This document shows positions 41,201-54,880 of a stretch of DNA of 64,000 nt, one piece after another. Every line of letters starts with the position of its first letter. The first letter of the stretch is position 1. The stretch lies in NCBI GenBank assembly GCA_951406725.2, contig OX597820.1:53134001-53198000 (forward strand), given 5' to 3'. The notes beneath the pieces were generated by a model. It did no database searches. It was not told where the DNA came from and saw only the letters and a program-made list of their open reading frames with translations. The position numbers and the translations under genes were made by a program. The stretch is from Octopus vulgaris (Eukaryota).

Positions 41201-41326
41201 GTTGATGCCACGTACATTTAACAGGAATGTCGAGGTAAGGGAAGTTGGTAATGGGTGAGTGGTCCTTGTGATTTGCATAGATGGTTGGTGATGGCTCGCT
41301 GGATCTCCTGGCTTAGGTCGGCCTTC
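38198..41326 (-). mobile_element. CR1/L2-group LINE, 5'-truncated just upstream of ORF2
   Basis: Uninterrupted ORF2, 3' UTR with stem-loops, TCTAAGTT-type tail repeats, flanked by TA runs. Confidence 0.92.
38297..41278 (-). CDS. LINE ORF2: apurinic-like endonuclease plus reverse transcriptase (993 aa)
   Basis: EN motifs LLNVRG, LTETHL, GGTAI, YRPP, GDFNLP, LDLVL, SDHD. RT motifs YRPISLTS, QHGFR, YLDFSKAFD, GVPQGTVLGP, SADD, RDLGV. Confidence 0.96.
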   Translation of the reverse strand: MQITRTTHPLPTSLTSTFLLNVRGINPSIIAQKWKIPYIESWLAEMAHCFPFFILTETHLNNTHMDAEVKIKDFTIVRADRTDRNKGGTAIFIHDSFSLDAKDTFSNGYCESVSVYNKAKDITIVGLYRPPQAPLKYFEECLSKVKSFLRKYHSGNIIVMGDFNLPHVNWPTNTPKLGKCSTSDRAAAELLFNLMDEYFLTQLVLEPTRQNKTILDLVLTNHSSYVHSISVEKTLLSDHDMVLCNLNSRRIKTKPANPTPWHPFDNINFHKADWETIRKDLSSIDWSFTLNTPHIETAWQHFETIVTDTCSKHAPKKSTNTNRNRLPKKKKTLIRRIKRLNKKINQLKYSHTQHPHSTTMKRLELEKLQLQTNMKTSIENQRAVEEQWVIKNIKQNPKVFYSYANKHRTTVSPIGPLIDKNGIPQHDAKEMAEILQKQYCSVFSVPTDIDVRETNEADSQHKIADITFTATDIVAAINEVKHYSAVGPDRFPASLLKECRYQLAVPLTNLWRNSLDAGYIPKKFLSQSVIPVFKQGNRSLTVNYRPISLTSHIIKVFQRVLRSRIADFLETHKLLNSNQHGFRCGRDCLTQLLHHIEDVLKALGTGSNSDVIYLDFSKAFDRVDHNILLSKLANVGIRGKVLHWIQYFLANRTQHVVVDGVHSNPAKVTSGVPQGTVLGPLLFIIYVNDLSSVVHHCKVKISADDTKLQQIVNEEADRTQLQSDLYAVSQWADRNKMQLNEGKFELMHFGRNSSLKQPYSLPSGEPLTASNNIRDLGVIVDDDLSWSAHINKKVDTARRMSSWILRTFRSREQGVIIPLFSSFVRPHLEYCCPLWSPHTRQNISRIESPQRALTKQIEGMAALDYWDRLKALKLYSLQRRRELYIICTMWKIYRQLCPNDLNISFKVHPRLGPRAIRPLPNSRSQHTCTLQHNFFSSTGPALFNIVPREIKEEKDPINFKQSLDRFLQRIPDKPPIIGYNSPNKNSLLEQNLT

Positions 41327-41332
41327 ATATAT

Positions 41333-42379
41333 AACTTAGAATAACTTAAAATAACTTAGAAAGGTTTTGGCCAGTATTGGCCCAGGCCATGTCTAACTTA
41401 ATAGCACCACCTGGCGAAGTCTTTCAATTCAGGATTTGGGCACCGAGGCCCATTCGTGCAGAGAGTTATTGTTTGCGGAGACATATCCGGGTGTGGGTGG
41501 TTTGTCCGGGACTGTTTGAAGGAATTTGTCCAAAGACTTTTTGAATTTTGTGTGGTCAGTTTCTGTTTTGACGTGTCCTGGTGTAATGTTGAAGAAAGCG
41601 GGTCCAATTGAGGTGAAATAATTGTGCCGTATTGTCGTTATGTGATGCGATTTAGATTTTTGTTGTGGACGGATGGCACGTGGTCCAAGCCTTGGATGTA
41701 TTTTGAAAGTGATGCCAACATCATTCGGACAGTGCTGATGGAATATTTTCCACATCATACAGATAATGTAGCGTTCACGGCGTCGTTGGAGTGAATACAG
41801 TTTCAGCTTTTCTAGTCTACCCCAGTAGTCAAGGTCTGACATGCCATCTATCTTTTTTGTCATTGACCTTTGGGGAGCTTCAATTCTTATAATATTTTGT
41901 TTTGTGTAGGGAGACCACAGTGGACAGCAGTATTCAAGGTGGGGTCGGGCAAAAGTGGAGAAGAGAAGGATAATAGTGTGGGAATCTCTCGACTGGAAGG
42001 TTCTGAGAATCCAGGAACACATTCTGCGGGCCATGTCAACTTTGCTGCTTATATGTGTAGCCCAGCTTATGTTGTTGTCCACTGTTACTCCCAAGTCTCT
42101 GATGTTGTTGGGCGCCATGAGAATTTCTCCAGAAGGAAGGGAGTATGGGATTTTCAGAGCATCCTCCCTTCTAAAGTGGATCAGTTCGAATTTGTCTTCG
42201 TTTAGCAACATGTTCTTTTCCGCCCATTGGACAACAGCCAGTAGGTCTGACTGAAGGCTTATTCGGTCATCCACGTCATTGATGACCTTCTGGAGCTTTG
42301 AATCATCAGCGAAGGTTCTGATGTTACTGTGTTTGATGGTGTCAGTAATATCATTTATGTAGATGATGAAGAGAAGTGG
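41333..42379 (-). mobile_element. Second, 5'-truncated LINE of a related subfamily (RT C-terminus and 3' UTR)
   Basis: PLLFIIYIND...TFADDSKL...RDLGV...YCCPLWSP...LYSLQRRRERY, open to the stop at 41429. Shares a 3' UTR block with the adjacent element. Confidence 0.93.
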
Positions 42380-44152
42380 TGCTGAAAAAAGAGCAATATA
42401 TATATATCATTAATAAAGCTGCAAAATGATCACGTTCTGATTCGTCGGACAGCTGTGATGAATACTCTGTATTCGAGAACTATTTTTTTTTTGCCTTGTT
42501 TTGCATCTATGTGTTACTTGTGCGTGTATGTGTATATATACATATTATGATGTACTTCAGTGGTAAATATCCCACACAAGTATATTCTATTGCAAGCTGA
42601 CGAGAAGGACGGTGTCTCAAATCACTTTTGAACGTTACCTATGACAGAGATAGAGTTATCCTTCGCACAAATATATCGACAAAACAAAATTAAGTACGAA
42701 ATGTATGGACGTTGATATTCATGAATAGATTAAGAATCTTAACCAAATTAACGTCAGGATATCCAAATCGATTATTATATTACGTTCTTCAAGATGGACA
42801 TCTTAAAACTTTTATTGTTTTATATTTTCCGATATTTACTTTATATTTGCATTATATGCATATAAAAACTGTATCTAAGCACATTAAGATTCGAGTGAAT
42901 CCAACGTTAGAGTACACTAAAGTATTTTACATAAAATTTCACTCGTGTAGGTTTTGAAATTAATCGCTTTTTTTGTGTGTTGCAGACGTTGATTTTATTC
43001 TTCGATTTATCAATAATTCGATTATATCATTCTATTCTTCAGAATTTCCTCACACCACCACTAATGCACAAACACAAGACAAACTCCTTACACACTCTAG
43101 GCCCTCAAACCTCTTCCTCAATATCATTATATATGTGTGTGTGTGTAAATATATATACATATATATACATATGTATATAACAGTATGCATCATTTCATGT
43201 ATGTATGTGTATGTGTGTATGCATATATGTGTGTATGCATGTATGCGTGTGTGTGTATGTACGTGTGTGTGTATGTACGTATGTGTGTATGTACGTATGT
43301 GCGTATGTACGCATTTATGTATAGATACAGCATTCACAAAACCACAGCCAGAGATATACATTTCAACACAGCCAGTCAGAAACACATATGCATGTGACTG
43401 TGCATATATACGTGCATATATAGAAGTATATGTATATATACATATACAGATATGAATAGATGATCTTAAGTATATATTAATGTGTATATGTCAACGTGTG
43501 TATATACGTACACATAAGCACACGTTCATATACGCATACACATACATATATTCACAAACACAGGCACATATATGTATCCATCTACCTATATGTGTGTGTG
43601 TATATATATAACCGATTCCAGCATGGACAACGGACGCTAAATGATGATGAGGCTGATGATTATGAGGAAGGTGGTGATGATGAGTATGATGATGAGGATG
43701 ATGTATCATTAATATTGACTCTCTTTTAGTTTATATATCTCACAGTAATTTATTACTTTTTTCTACAATCCCAATAGATTAAACTCAACATTTAATGGGA
43801 AAAATCATTTTGAATGTTGAATTCTCGAGTGTCCTTAAACTATAATTAAATTTTTGGAGCTGCATTATTTTGGATTGCCCCCACACATACACATTCACAC
43901 ACACTCACAAACAGACACACAAATACACACATACACACACACAAGCGCATACACGCACGGACTCAAACTTGCACATATACGCTTGCATAAATGTACATAC
44001 CACACACATGTATGTATGCTGTATGTATATTAAAATTGCGTATGTTTAATAGAATTATTTTCTTTCTATATATGTATATACACACATATACATCTGGATA
44101 TAAATACGCCTCTATGTATATTAATATAATTAACATTTATGTATTAATTATA

Positions 44153-44234
<82 letters not shown>

Positions 44235-45515
44235 TGTATGCATGTATGTATGTATGTATGTATGTATGTATGTACGTATGTATGTATATATAATGTATGT
44301 ATGTACGTATGTATGTACATATAATGTATGTATGTATGTATGTATACTATATATGTCTGTATCTATAACAGGTTTCCCACAAGTAAATTTGTAGAAAACG
44401 AAAGGAGAAAATAATTTCAGGACTTTATCATAAATAACAGAAATCTCTACATATATTTTTATCAAATTACGTTACCAACTTCAATTGTTTTAGTCTATTT
44501 AATCATACGATATGAAAAGTGTAAATAAATTAAATTATATTGATGTTTCATGAAAACACCTTTTGAAGTCCATATACTTCTTTTACAAAATCTATATAGT
44601 AGTGGTTATTGGTATTAATTTTGGTATTGCTGCTAACAGTTTTGCCTTCATATTATTGATAGCCTTAGTTGTAGCCAACTCAATAGTCGACGTGGTAGTA
44701 GTAGTTGTATTTCTCCAAAGCGTCGAAACATACGTAGCAGCGGCAGTAGCAACAGGCTGTATTAGTTTTGCGAAAAATAGTAGAAGACGTAGATGCAGTA
44801 GTAAAGATTTGTTCTACTCCTCTAGTAAGACTAGTGGGTTGAGTAACTAAGTACCAGCAACTGTTGTAGCAGAAGCAATAGTTGCCGTAGTGGTAGCTGC
44901 AGCAGCAGCAGCAGCAGCAGTAGTGGTAGTAGTAGTAGCAGCAGCAGCTTCAGTACCTTTCACTTTAGGCTTTAGTTTGTATAGAAAATCTACATAGAGA
45001 ATTGTAAAAAATTGATTGAATAGCACTGCTAACACACGTAGGACACAGTGTTGACAAATAAGCCTTTCATATACTTGGTAGTATATTATGGTTGCATGAC
45101 GAAATACGGTGTTCCTACAAGTAATATATGTAGCTGCAAGTTGCCAGGAATGTTTTTTTTTATACGTAAAATTGGTATATTCAATTGTTACAATACTAAA
45201 TTTGGTGGTTATTTAAGCAAAGTGTTCGTGGATGGTTAAAAGGTTGGATGTGGTGCTGAAAAAAGAGCAATAACTCGTGAAATATGAATATACACTGATT
45301 ACCTATGTTTCTTCAATCGCAATGTATACATGGACTTATTCTTATACGAAACGTTGTAATTTTTAGTGCTGCCTTTAGTATCTCTAGAAAATCTGTAGAG
45401 ATAATTTAATAAGTGGTGTGTGTGAATAGTGTATATAAGCACACACACATACATACGCCATGATAGATCGTTAGCTCCAACACGCATTTTTTCTCTCCTT
45501 TTTTTTTTCTGTGTA

Positions 45516-45553
45516 TCTTTCTGTCGAAGAGCGCAGGCTCGAAACGTAAAAGA
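45516..45553 (+). ncRNA. Minimal hammerhead-like motif with CUGU core variant in a short pLTR-like repeat (about 45490-45645)
   Basis: TCTTT-CTGTCGA-A-GAGC gcag GCTC-GAAAC-GTA-AAAGA. 5-bp helix I, 4-bp helix II, ACGT palindrome, GUA triplet. Confidence 0.68.
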
Positions 45554-45662
45554 CTTTTTCTATTCCTGAGCGCTATACTAATACATTTGTCTGCTTGTAC
45601 TCCACCTGCCTTCGTCTGTTGTTTATTTTCGTAAACTTTCCCTTTATATCTATATATATACA

Positions 45663-46119
45663 CGAGCAAAACGCCCCCCGTCCAATGGACGGTGCTGAGC
45701 TATCAAACATTTAAACCAAATTTTCTCAAAACAATTTGTTCGACCGTCCCATAGGCCGCCCCTTTGAGAAACACTGATTTAACCTAAATTTCAGACACCA
45801 GCAAAAGAAGAAATACAGGTAGACTTTTTTTTCTATTCCAAAGGAAAACAATTTTATTCACATAAATATGCAACCGAAGAGTTTAAATTACCAGTAAGTA
45901 CATCGCAACAGCTGATGTATTCGCGCGTACAAATGCACGTTCCCACGGCTTTGTCGATCGCATTCTCACCTGGAATCGATTTTTGTAATTTTTTTCAAGA
46001 CTTGAACACGCCCTGATACCGTCGGTATCTACATATCAAATTTGAGAGCAATCGGATGCAGGATGCCCGAGATCCTAGAATACACACACACACAGACAGA
46101 ACGGATTTTATATAATAGA
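45663..46119 (-). mobile_element. Non-autonomous Helitron (457 bp)
   Basis: Minus-strand 5' end A|TCTATTATATAAAATCCG. Subterminal hairpin CCGTCC att GGACGG, followed about 11 nt later by CTCG|T (a CTRR variant). Confidence 0.75.
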
Positions 46120-46500
46120 TATGTATGTATGTATGTATTTATGCTTAGGCATGATGTGTAACTGTGCACATGTTTGTGTAGTGCTGGCTTATCCCAAGCA
46201 ACATGGTTTGAGTAAAGTAAGATAAGTGGATTACGCGGTTAGTAGGAGAGGCTTGAAACGGTAAGGGAGGAAGATGAAACAAAATAGAAAAAATAGAATA
46301 AACCAAGATAAAATAGAGTAAAAGGTAATGGAGTAAATGGTATAAGTAGATTTAATTTTCTTTTATAGGTTTATGGATATAAAAGTTTTAAAAATTCGTA
46401 GATACAAAACTTTAAGTTTATGGATATAGAAGTAGATATATAAAAAGTTTATGGATATAGAAGTAGATGTACAAGTAGTTAGGTAGATAATTAGATTCAC

Positions 46501-46595
<95 letters not shown>

Positions 46596-46670
46596 CGACA
46601 GGCAGGCAGGCAGGTAGGTAGGTAGGTAGGTAGGTCGGTAGGAGGTAGGTAAGTAGATATGGGAGGGAGG

Positions 46671-48010
<1,340 letters not shown>

Positions 48011-49297
48011 GTCTGTCTGTCTGCTTATTTACGTTTATATATCTATCTCTATATCCATAATTTTTTTTTATTTCTACAAAGTTTTAAAACTTTTATATCC
48101 ATAAACCTATTCTAGAAAATTAAATCTCCTCATTACTCTTTTACCATTTATTGTATTCCATCTTATTTCATTTTATTTCTTTCAGATACATACATACATA
48201 CATACATACATACATACATACATACATACTTACATACATACATACGTGCATACATATGTATATATACATATATGCATACACATATGCACACGCATAAATA
48301 CATATGTTCGTTTATACCTATATATCCATCTAGTGTGTGTGTATCTGTATATATATATATGTGAGTGTGTATAGCTATGTGTGCGTGTTACCGCGCGCGC
48401 ATATACACACAAATACTATAATAAGCATACACAGATCCTCTCAAAAACATATATTCATACATACATGGATGCATTTCTATGCTTGTACATACATACACAC
48501 ACATATATATATATACACCCTTTATCACTGTGCATGTGTATGTATGTATGAATGTATGGATGGATGGATGGATGGATGGATGGATGGATGGATGGATGGA
48601 TGGATAGACGTAGAGATGGATGGATAGATGGACGTAGAGATGGATGGATAGATGGATTGATGCACCTATATCTCTCTAACATTCTAATTTGTTCTCTACA
48701 CATTTTCCTCCTATGCACGCACGCCGCACTGTGTGTGTGTGCGCAGACCTCATCCTTCAAGTCACGGAATTTCTTAAAGGTTTAATAGGCTAAGGGAGAA
48801 TACCACGAAGTCCAATTATTTAGTTACCTCCCTTGAAAAATCAACGCTATTTATATATATATTTTCGTCCTATTACATGGAATAAGTATTTGATACGTGT
48901 AACTGTTTAAAGATTAGAACCCGAATTTCGATCAAGATTTCGTTATACTTTATCAAAAGTATATCGGAGAGAGTAGTTATGAAGCTTGTAGCTGAGATAA
49001 GAAATATATTGTCGCTGGATTGTAGTGAATATGGTGTAGATGGCCAGATAGTGATTGTGGTGGTGGTGGCGGGGTTGGTGGTCGTGGTCGTCGTGGTCAT
49101 CGTGGTCATTGTGGTCGTCGTTGTGATGGCGATGTTAAGTGTTGATGGTTAGCAGTTACTGTGGTGATGGTGATCGCATTTTAAGCAGAGATATTGAAGT
49201 GTGAGTGTTTGCTATGAATAGCTGCAAAACAACACGGTTATTAGCATCGCCAAATCACTAAAAACCAATAACATACAAACAGCGCCAAGACTGATAC

Positions 49298-49357
<60 letters not shown>

Positions 49358-49385
49358 TGTGTGTGTGTGTGTGTGCGTGTGTGTG

Positions 49386-49435
<50 letters not shown>

Positions 49436-49528
49436 CCCGTGTGTGCTAGATGGATCGAAAGAATTGTAGAGATTAATAAATATTCTCGTATCTTCTATCT
49501 TCCGTCTCTCGCATTAACCAAATATGTA

Positions 49529-49559
<31 letters not shown>

Positions 49560-49694
49560 TCACTCATATATACATACATATATACATATACACACACACA
49601 CACATATATATGTATATATATATGTATATACATACATATGTATATGTGTGTGTGTGTGCGTGTGTGTATGATTATCCTCATTGTCATTTAAAGT

Positions 49695-49895
49695 CTGATT
49701 TCTATGCTGGCATGAGTTAGACGCTTCAACAGGAAATGGTGAGCCGGAGAGCTGCACCAGGTTCCAGTTTGATTGGCATGGTTTGTACGACTGATGCCCT
49801 TCCTGACGCCAATCACTAGAAGAGTGTAACGAATCTTTTTTATGTGCCATCGGCACGAGTGTCATTTACAAGACACTAGCAACGGCCACGATTCA
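49695..49895 (+). mobile_element. Degenerate RTE-related 3'-end or SINE fragment
   Basis: Motifs ATGCTGGCATG...GATGCCCTTCCTGACGCCAA, recognised as typical of RTE-type tails in invertebrates (recognition only). Confidence 0.45.
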
Positions 49896-50115
49896 TACAT
49901 ACATGTTATACACACAGACACGTATATATATATACACAGGCATACCTCACCCTACGTCGTTGATTGATTCCCATAGAGACACGACGTAGGTCGAAAAACC
50001 ACTTAAGTCAAATTAACTTGTCACTAGGCTACACCGATAATAACCATTCCCTGTTGTATACTTTATGAATGCATTTTCAATAAAACATGTTTAATAAAAA
50101 ACAATTTTAAGCTTT

Positions 50116-50160
<45 letters not shown>

Positions 50161-50428
50161 TAATGCACTAAAACAAAAAATATAGTTTCTATATGATGTT
50201 TTTTATACACACGTCGCCTAAAAGGGAGCCTGATTCATTTTTCTTTTACAAAACTTTATCGCTAACATAACATCCGCTAAAAACAATACCATAGTAGTGG
50301 TTCATACGTCTGAAAGGTTCTAAACAGTTACAGCCAGGTTGGTGTATTAATAATCATTTACCTATACCTCATATAAAATCACAAACCTAGTCAGGTGAAA
50401 TTTATAATTACCTTCTACCCATACCATT

Positions 50429-51768
50429 GTGCAACCACCAGCAAAAAGAAGAAAATTGAAAGTTATATCAGTAGCCAAGAGTTCAAACATTTGTGCTGGT
50501 GCTAGAACATTCGACGTTATCGAGAAGATGGTACTAGAGTGGAGAAAGAATGAGGAAACATTGAGACAAATGCTCACACAAAAATGTACAATGAGAAGAG
50601 GAAGCACTCGTTGGCCGAAGTTGGGAAAAAATGTAGCAGAATGGGTACTCCAGCAGACACAAGATGGCTACCTTGTAACACGAAATAGAATAAAATTTTA
50701 GCCCTAAAATGGGCTAAATCGTATAAAGAAGAAACGTAAGATTTTAAAGCAACATTAGGCTGGTGCAATTGTTTTAGGAACAGAAAAAATCTGGTAATAA
50801 GAGAAAAAAAACAAAAATCGCCCCCCAAACACCCGAGAGATCTGGATCACAAAGTAACCAGTTTTCAGCATTCCATCATGGAGCTGAGAAAAAGTCGTCA
50901 GTTTCCATTGTTTCATATTGGAAATATGGATGCAACTTCATTAAACTTTGACATGCTGGGTAACAAAATGATAGATTTGAAAGGAGTAAAAACAGTTTAC
51001 GGTAAAAGTACAGGATATGAGAAAACGAGGTTTATGGTGGTATTATCCTGCGTAGCTGACCGTACAAAATGAAAACCCATGTTTTTTTTTAAAACGTAAA
51101 GTAAAGTCCAAAATAGATTTTTGCTCTTGGTATTTTTGATCATTTTCACGAGGAAAGGTGGATGGACGAGAGTGGTGTGAAATTACGGATTGATAATATT
51201 TGGAACAGGCGGCCAAGTGGTATACGAAACAAACGCAGTGTATTGGTTTGGGATATGTTTCGTAGCCCCGTAGCGGCAAATACTAAAACCCAGTTATCCA
51301 AAACCAATGCTGATGTTGCTATTATTCCTGATGGTTTTACTTCTATACTGCAGTCACTTGATGTCAGTTTAAACAAACCATTTAAAGATAATGTGAGAGA
51401 GCAATGGAATGACTGGATGATGAATGGAGAAAAATCTTTTACAAATGGTGGAGCTATCCGTGCTGCTTCAGTTGATGTTGTCTGTGATTTTGTTATAAAG
51501 GTGTAGGATAAAGTAGAAAATGTGGTAAAATCATTTTAAAAATGCGGTATCTCTAATGCAATGGATGGTAGTACCGAAGAAGATATTCTCTACAATAGGC
51601 GTAGGAATGGCTGTGTGGTAAGTAGCTTGCTTACCAACCACATGGTTCCGGGTTCAGTCCCACTGCATGGCACCTTGGGCAAGTGTCTTCTACTATAGCC
51701 TCGGGCCGACCAAAGCCTTGTGAGTTGATTTGGTAGACGGAAACCGAAAGAAGCCTGTCGTATATATG

Positions 51769-51802
<34 letters not shown>

Positions 51803-52100
51803 CGTTTGTGTGTCTGTGTTTGTCCCACCAACATCGCTTGACGACCGATGCTGGTGTTTACGTCCCCGTAACTTAACAGTTCGGCAAATAGAGACCGATA
51901 GAATAAGTACTAGGCTTACAAAGAATAGGTCCGGGGGGCGATTTGCTCGACTAAAGGCGGTGCTCCAGCATGGCCACAGTCAAATGATTGAAACAAGTAA
52001 AAGAATAAAAGTGTAAATAGCGACGGCCAAGTCGAAATCGATTCACCAGAACCAGCATGGAATCCTTACGATGATGGCATATGTGATGAATCTTGTAATA
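50429..52100 (+). pseudogene. pogo/Tigger-family transposase relic (CENP-B-type HTH plus DDE), interrupted by a SINE
   Basis: KLKVI...WRK, RWPKL...VAEWV, FKATLGWC, IGNMDATSLNFD, STGYEKTRFMVVLSC, WMDE, LVWDMFRS, IPDGFTSILQSLDVSLNKPFK, SF*KCGISNAMDG, with multiple stops. Confidence 0.9.
51597..52012 (+). mobile_element. SINE family A, full length, nested in the pogo relic
   Basis: Complete head AGGCGTAGGAATGGCTGTGTGGTAAG through tail GAAACAAGTAAAAGAATAAAAG. Confidence 0.92.
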
Positions 52101-53115
52101 TGTATGAGAAACTTTTAAAAACAGATAATGATGATTGTGAGGAATAAATACATGTGGCAGGTTTGATACTTTATTAATATTATTTATCTTGGTTGGAAAT
52201 TTAAAAAAATTTAAAGTCATATGTTTTGATTGCAGCTACTGTAAAATAATTTTATTGAAAAATAAGAGTTGTGTGTAATCCAAACTGTGTTATTTACCAC
52301 GAAATGATAATAGATATTTTATTAAAAATATAAATATCTTATACTAAATGTTATTATTATAGTTATACATCACCATTAAAATTTTTGAAAAGTTAGCGAA
52401 AGATAAAGGTTACTGTGAGCGCAACGATAACTCGATGTTTACAGTTTCTCTGCCGAGCTGGCATAGATAAAAGTTGATTTCAATAATATAGAATTATCTC
52501 TCAAATAGGCTATTTATTATGAAGATATGTCAATAATATATAAAGTAAAAATATTTTATTACCTATGTTATAATTTTTTTCTTATTTTGTTAATCTGTTC
52601 ACGTATGTCTGTGTTTATCGCAGAGCGGTCTTGGTTTGCTTATTTATAAAATCACTTAAAATTCAAGGTTTGATATTTAGAATATCAATGCGTTCTCAGT
52701 TCAAATTCCACCGAGGTCAAGTTTGTCTTTCATCCTTTCGGGGTCGATGAAATAAGTACCAGTTACACACTGGCGTCGATATAATCAACCCCCACAAAAA
52801 ATTTCAAGGATTTGTGATTGGAGTAGAAATAATATTAAAGAATACACGTTGGGTGACGTAAATCCTTCTTTCCCAAGAAACGTCTGGATTATAACTGTTT
52901 GTCATTTATTTTCCAGTAATCTCAGTTATTGGACTGCTGTCATGCCGAGGCAACCACTCTAAAAGATTTTGCCGAGCAGATCGATCCCTGTACTTCTAGT
53001 AGTCTCTTTTAACGAAACACTCAAGTACAGGTACGTATACAAACCAACACCTATTGTCAAAAATACACACATACATATACGTGTGTATGTGTGTGTGTAT
53101 GTGTGTGTGCGTGTG

Positions 53116-53150
<35 letters not shown>

Positions 53151-53580
53151 ATGAATATGCTTTATTAATAATCAATAGAATTGGTAACTCAAAGTAACAC
53201 AAAGGCTAAGAGTTTCGTTCGTTAGCAATTCTGAAAGCACAAATCTGTTGAGCCTGGTGTCACTGTATCTTCTGCTGATTATTCTTTAAAAAATTAATAT
53301 ATATGAATCAACTAGATTTTCTATTCTTCTGCTATCTCATTTCTAACGTTCATTGTAAATTTCGTTTATATTTTCTGTACTGAAAAGTACATTGTCATAT
53401 ATAATTAATTAATTTAATTAATTTAATCTAATTCAGTTCAATCATAAATTTGCATTATTTTTATATCTCTGTACGAAACGATCGTCTGCATAAATTAAAA
53501 TTCTCTTATATATTTTAACTACTTGTCTTCTCCATTTTTAACTAACTTGATGAGTTGGTGAGGGAAGGAAAGAAAGGTGG

Positions 53581-53615
53581 CTTTACGTTTCGAGCAAAGC
53601 TCTTCTTCAGGAAAG
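53581..53615 (-). ncRNA. Minimal hammerhead motif (same family as 13873), helix I out of register by one base
   Basis: Minus strand CTTTC-CTGAAGA-A-GAGC ttt GCTC-GAAAC-GTA-AAG. Confidence 0.6.
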
Positions 53616-53979
53616 GAAGGCGGAGGGAAAAAATATTGCCAACGATTCATATGTGGTTACACTTTGAAATAACCGAAAGGAAATGGGTGAAGAAAAACCT
53701 CTTTCTAAGAGAGGTGAATGTAAGAGGAGGTATGTGTATGTGAGGGAATGTGTGTGCGCGCACTAATCTGTGTGTGTGTGTGTGTGTGTGTAATAACATG
53801 TGTGTGTGAATGTGTGTGTGCTGTGTGTGTGTGTTTGGTGTTTGTGTGGTGTGAGTGAACTTTGTGTCTTAATGTTGTAGGAAGAATCCAGAAGTATGGT
53901 AACAGGAATGGTGGTCTTTTGTGTAGTTGTGTAGGAATGGTCAGTAGAGAGGTGTTTCACTGGCAGTTTGAAGTATGTG

Positions 53980-54880
53980 TGCGCATGTGTATATGCGTGT
54001 ATGTATATGGTGTGTGTGTTTTGTGTTTAGTGTGTGAATGCGACTCTGTGTGTGTGTATGTGCATGTGTGTATGTGGAGGGCTGTGTGTGTGTGGAGTTA
54101 TATGTACGTTCCTGTGTGTATGTATGTGCGTCTCTGTATGCCTATGTATGTACAATCGTGTGCATTTATGTGTTCGTGCGTATATGTGTGTATACGAGGG
54201 GTTGTGTGTATGGTGCGTGTATGTATGTGGGTGTGTGTGTGTGTTCGTGTGTATATGTGTGTATACGTGGGGTTGTGTGTGTGGTGCGTGTGTGTGTGTG
54301 CGTGTGTATATGTGTACATGTGTGTACGTCGGGTTGTGTGTGGTGTGTGTGTATATGTGTGTATGTGGGGTTGTGTGTGGAGATATATATGCGTTCTTGT
54401 GCGTGTATGCGCATGTGTGCGTGTGTGTGTATGCGTGTAGTTGTGTGTACGTGTGTGCGTGTATATATGTATATGTGTGTGCGTTGGATTGCACTTGTTA
54501 TGTATGTGAGCATACCTGTGCGCGTGCGTGTGTGTACGTGTGTGTGTATGTGCGCATGTATGTTGTGTGTGCGCATGTATGGGTGTGTTGTGTTCGTGCG
54601 TGTGTGTGGTTTGTGTGGGAGGTGTATATGAGGTATATCTGCATTCATGTGTGAGCACGCGCCTGTGTGTGCGTGTGTGTGTATGCGTGTATGTGTGCGT
54701 GTGTATGTGTGTGTATGAGTGTATGTGTATGTGAGTGTGTGAGGGGTGGTTGTGTATTTAGAGGTATATATGCAGTCCTGTTTTCGTGCGTGTGTGCGCT
54801 TGAATGCGCGTGTGTGCGCTTGTATGCGCGTGTGTGCGCTTGTATGCGCGTGTGTGCGCTTGTATGCGCGTGTGTGCGTG
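53980..54880. repeat. Long degenerate (TG)n-derived tract
   Basis: Direct reading. Confidence 0.92.
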
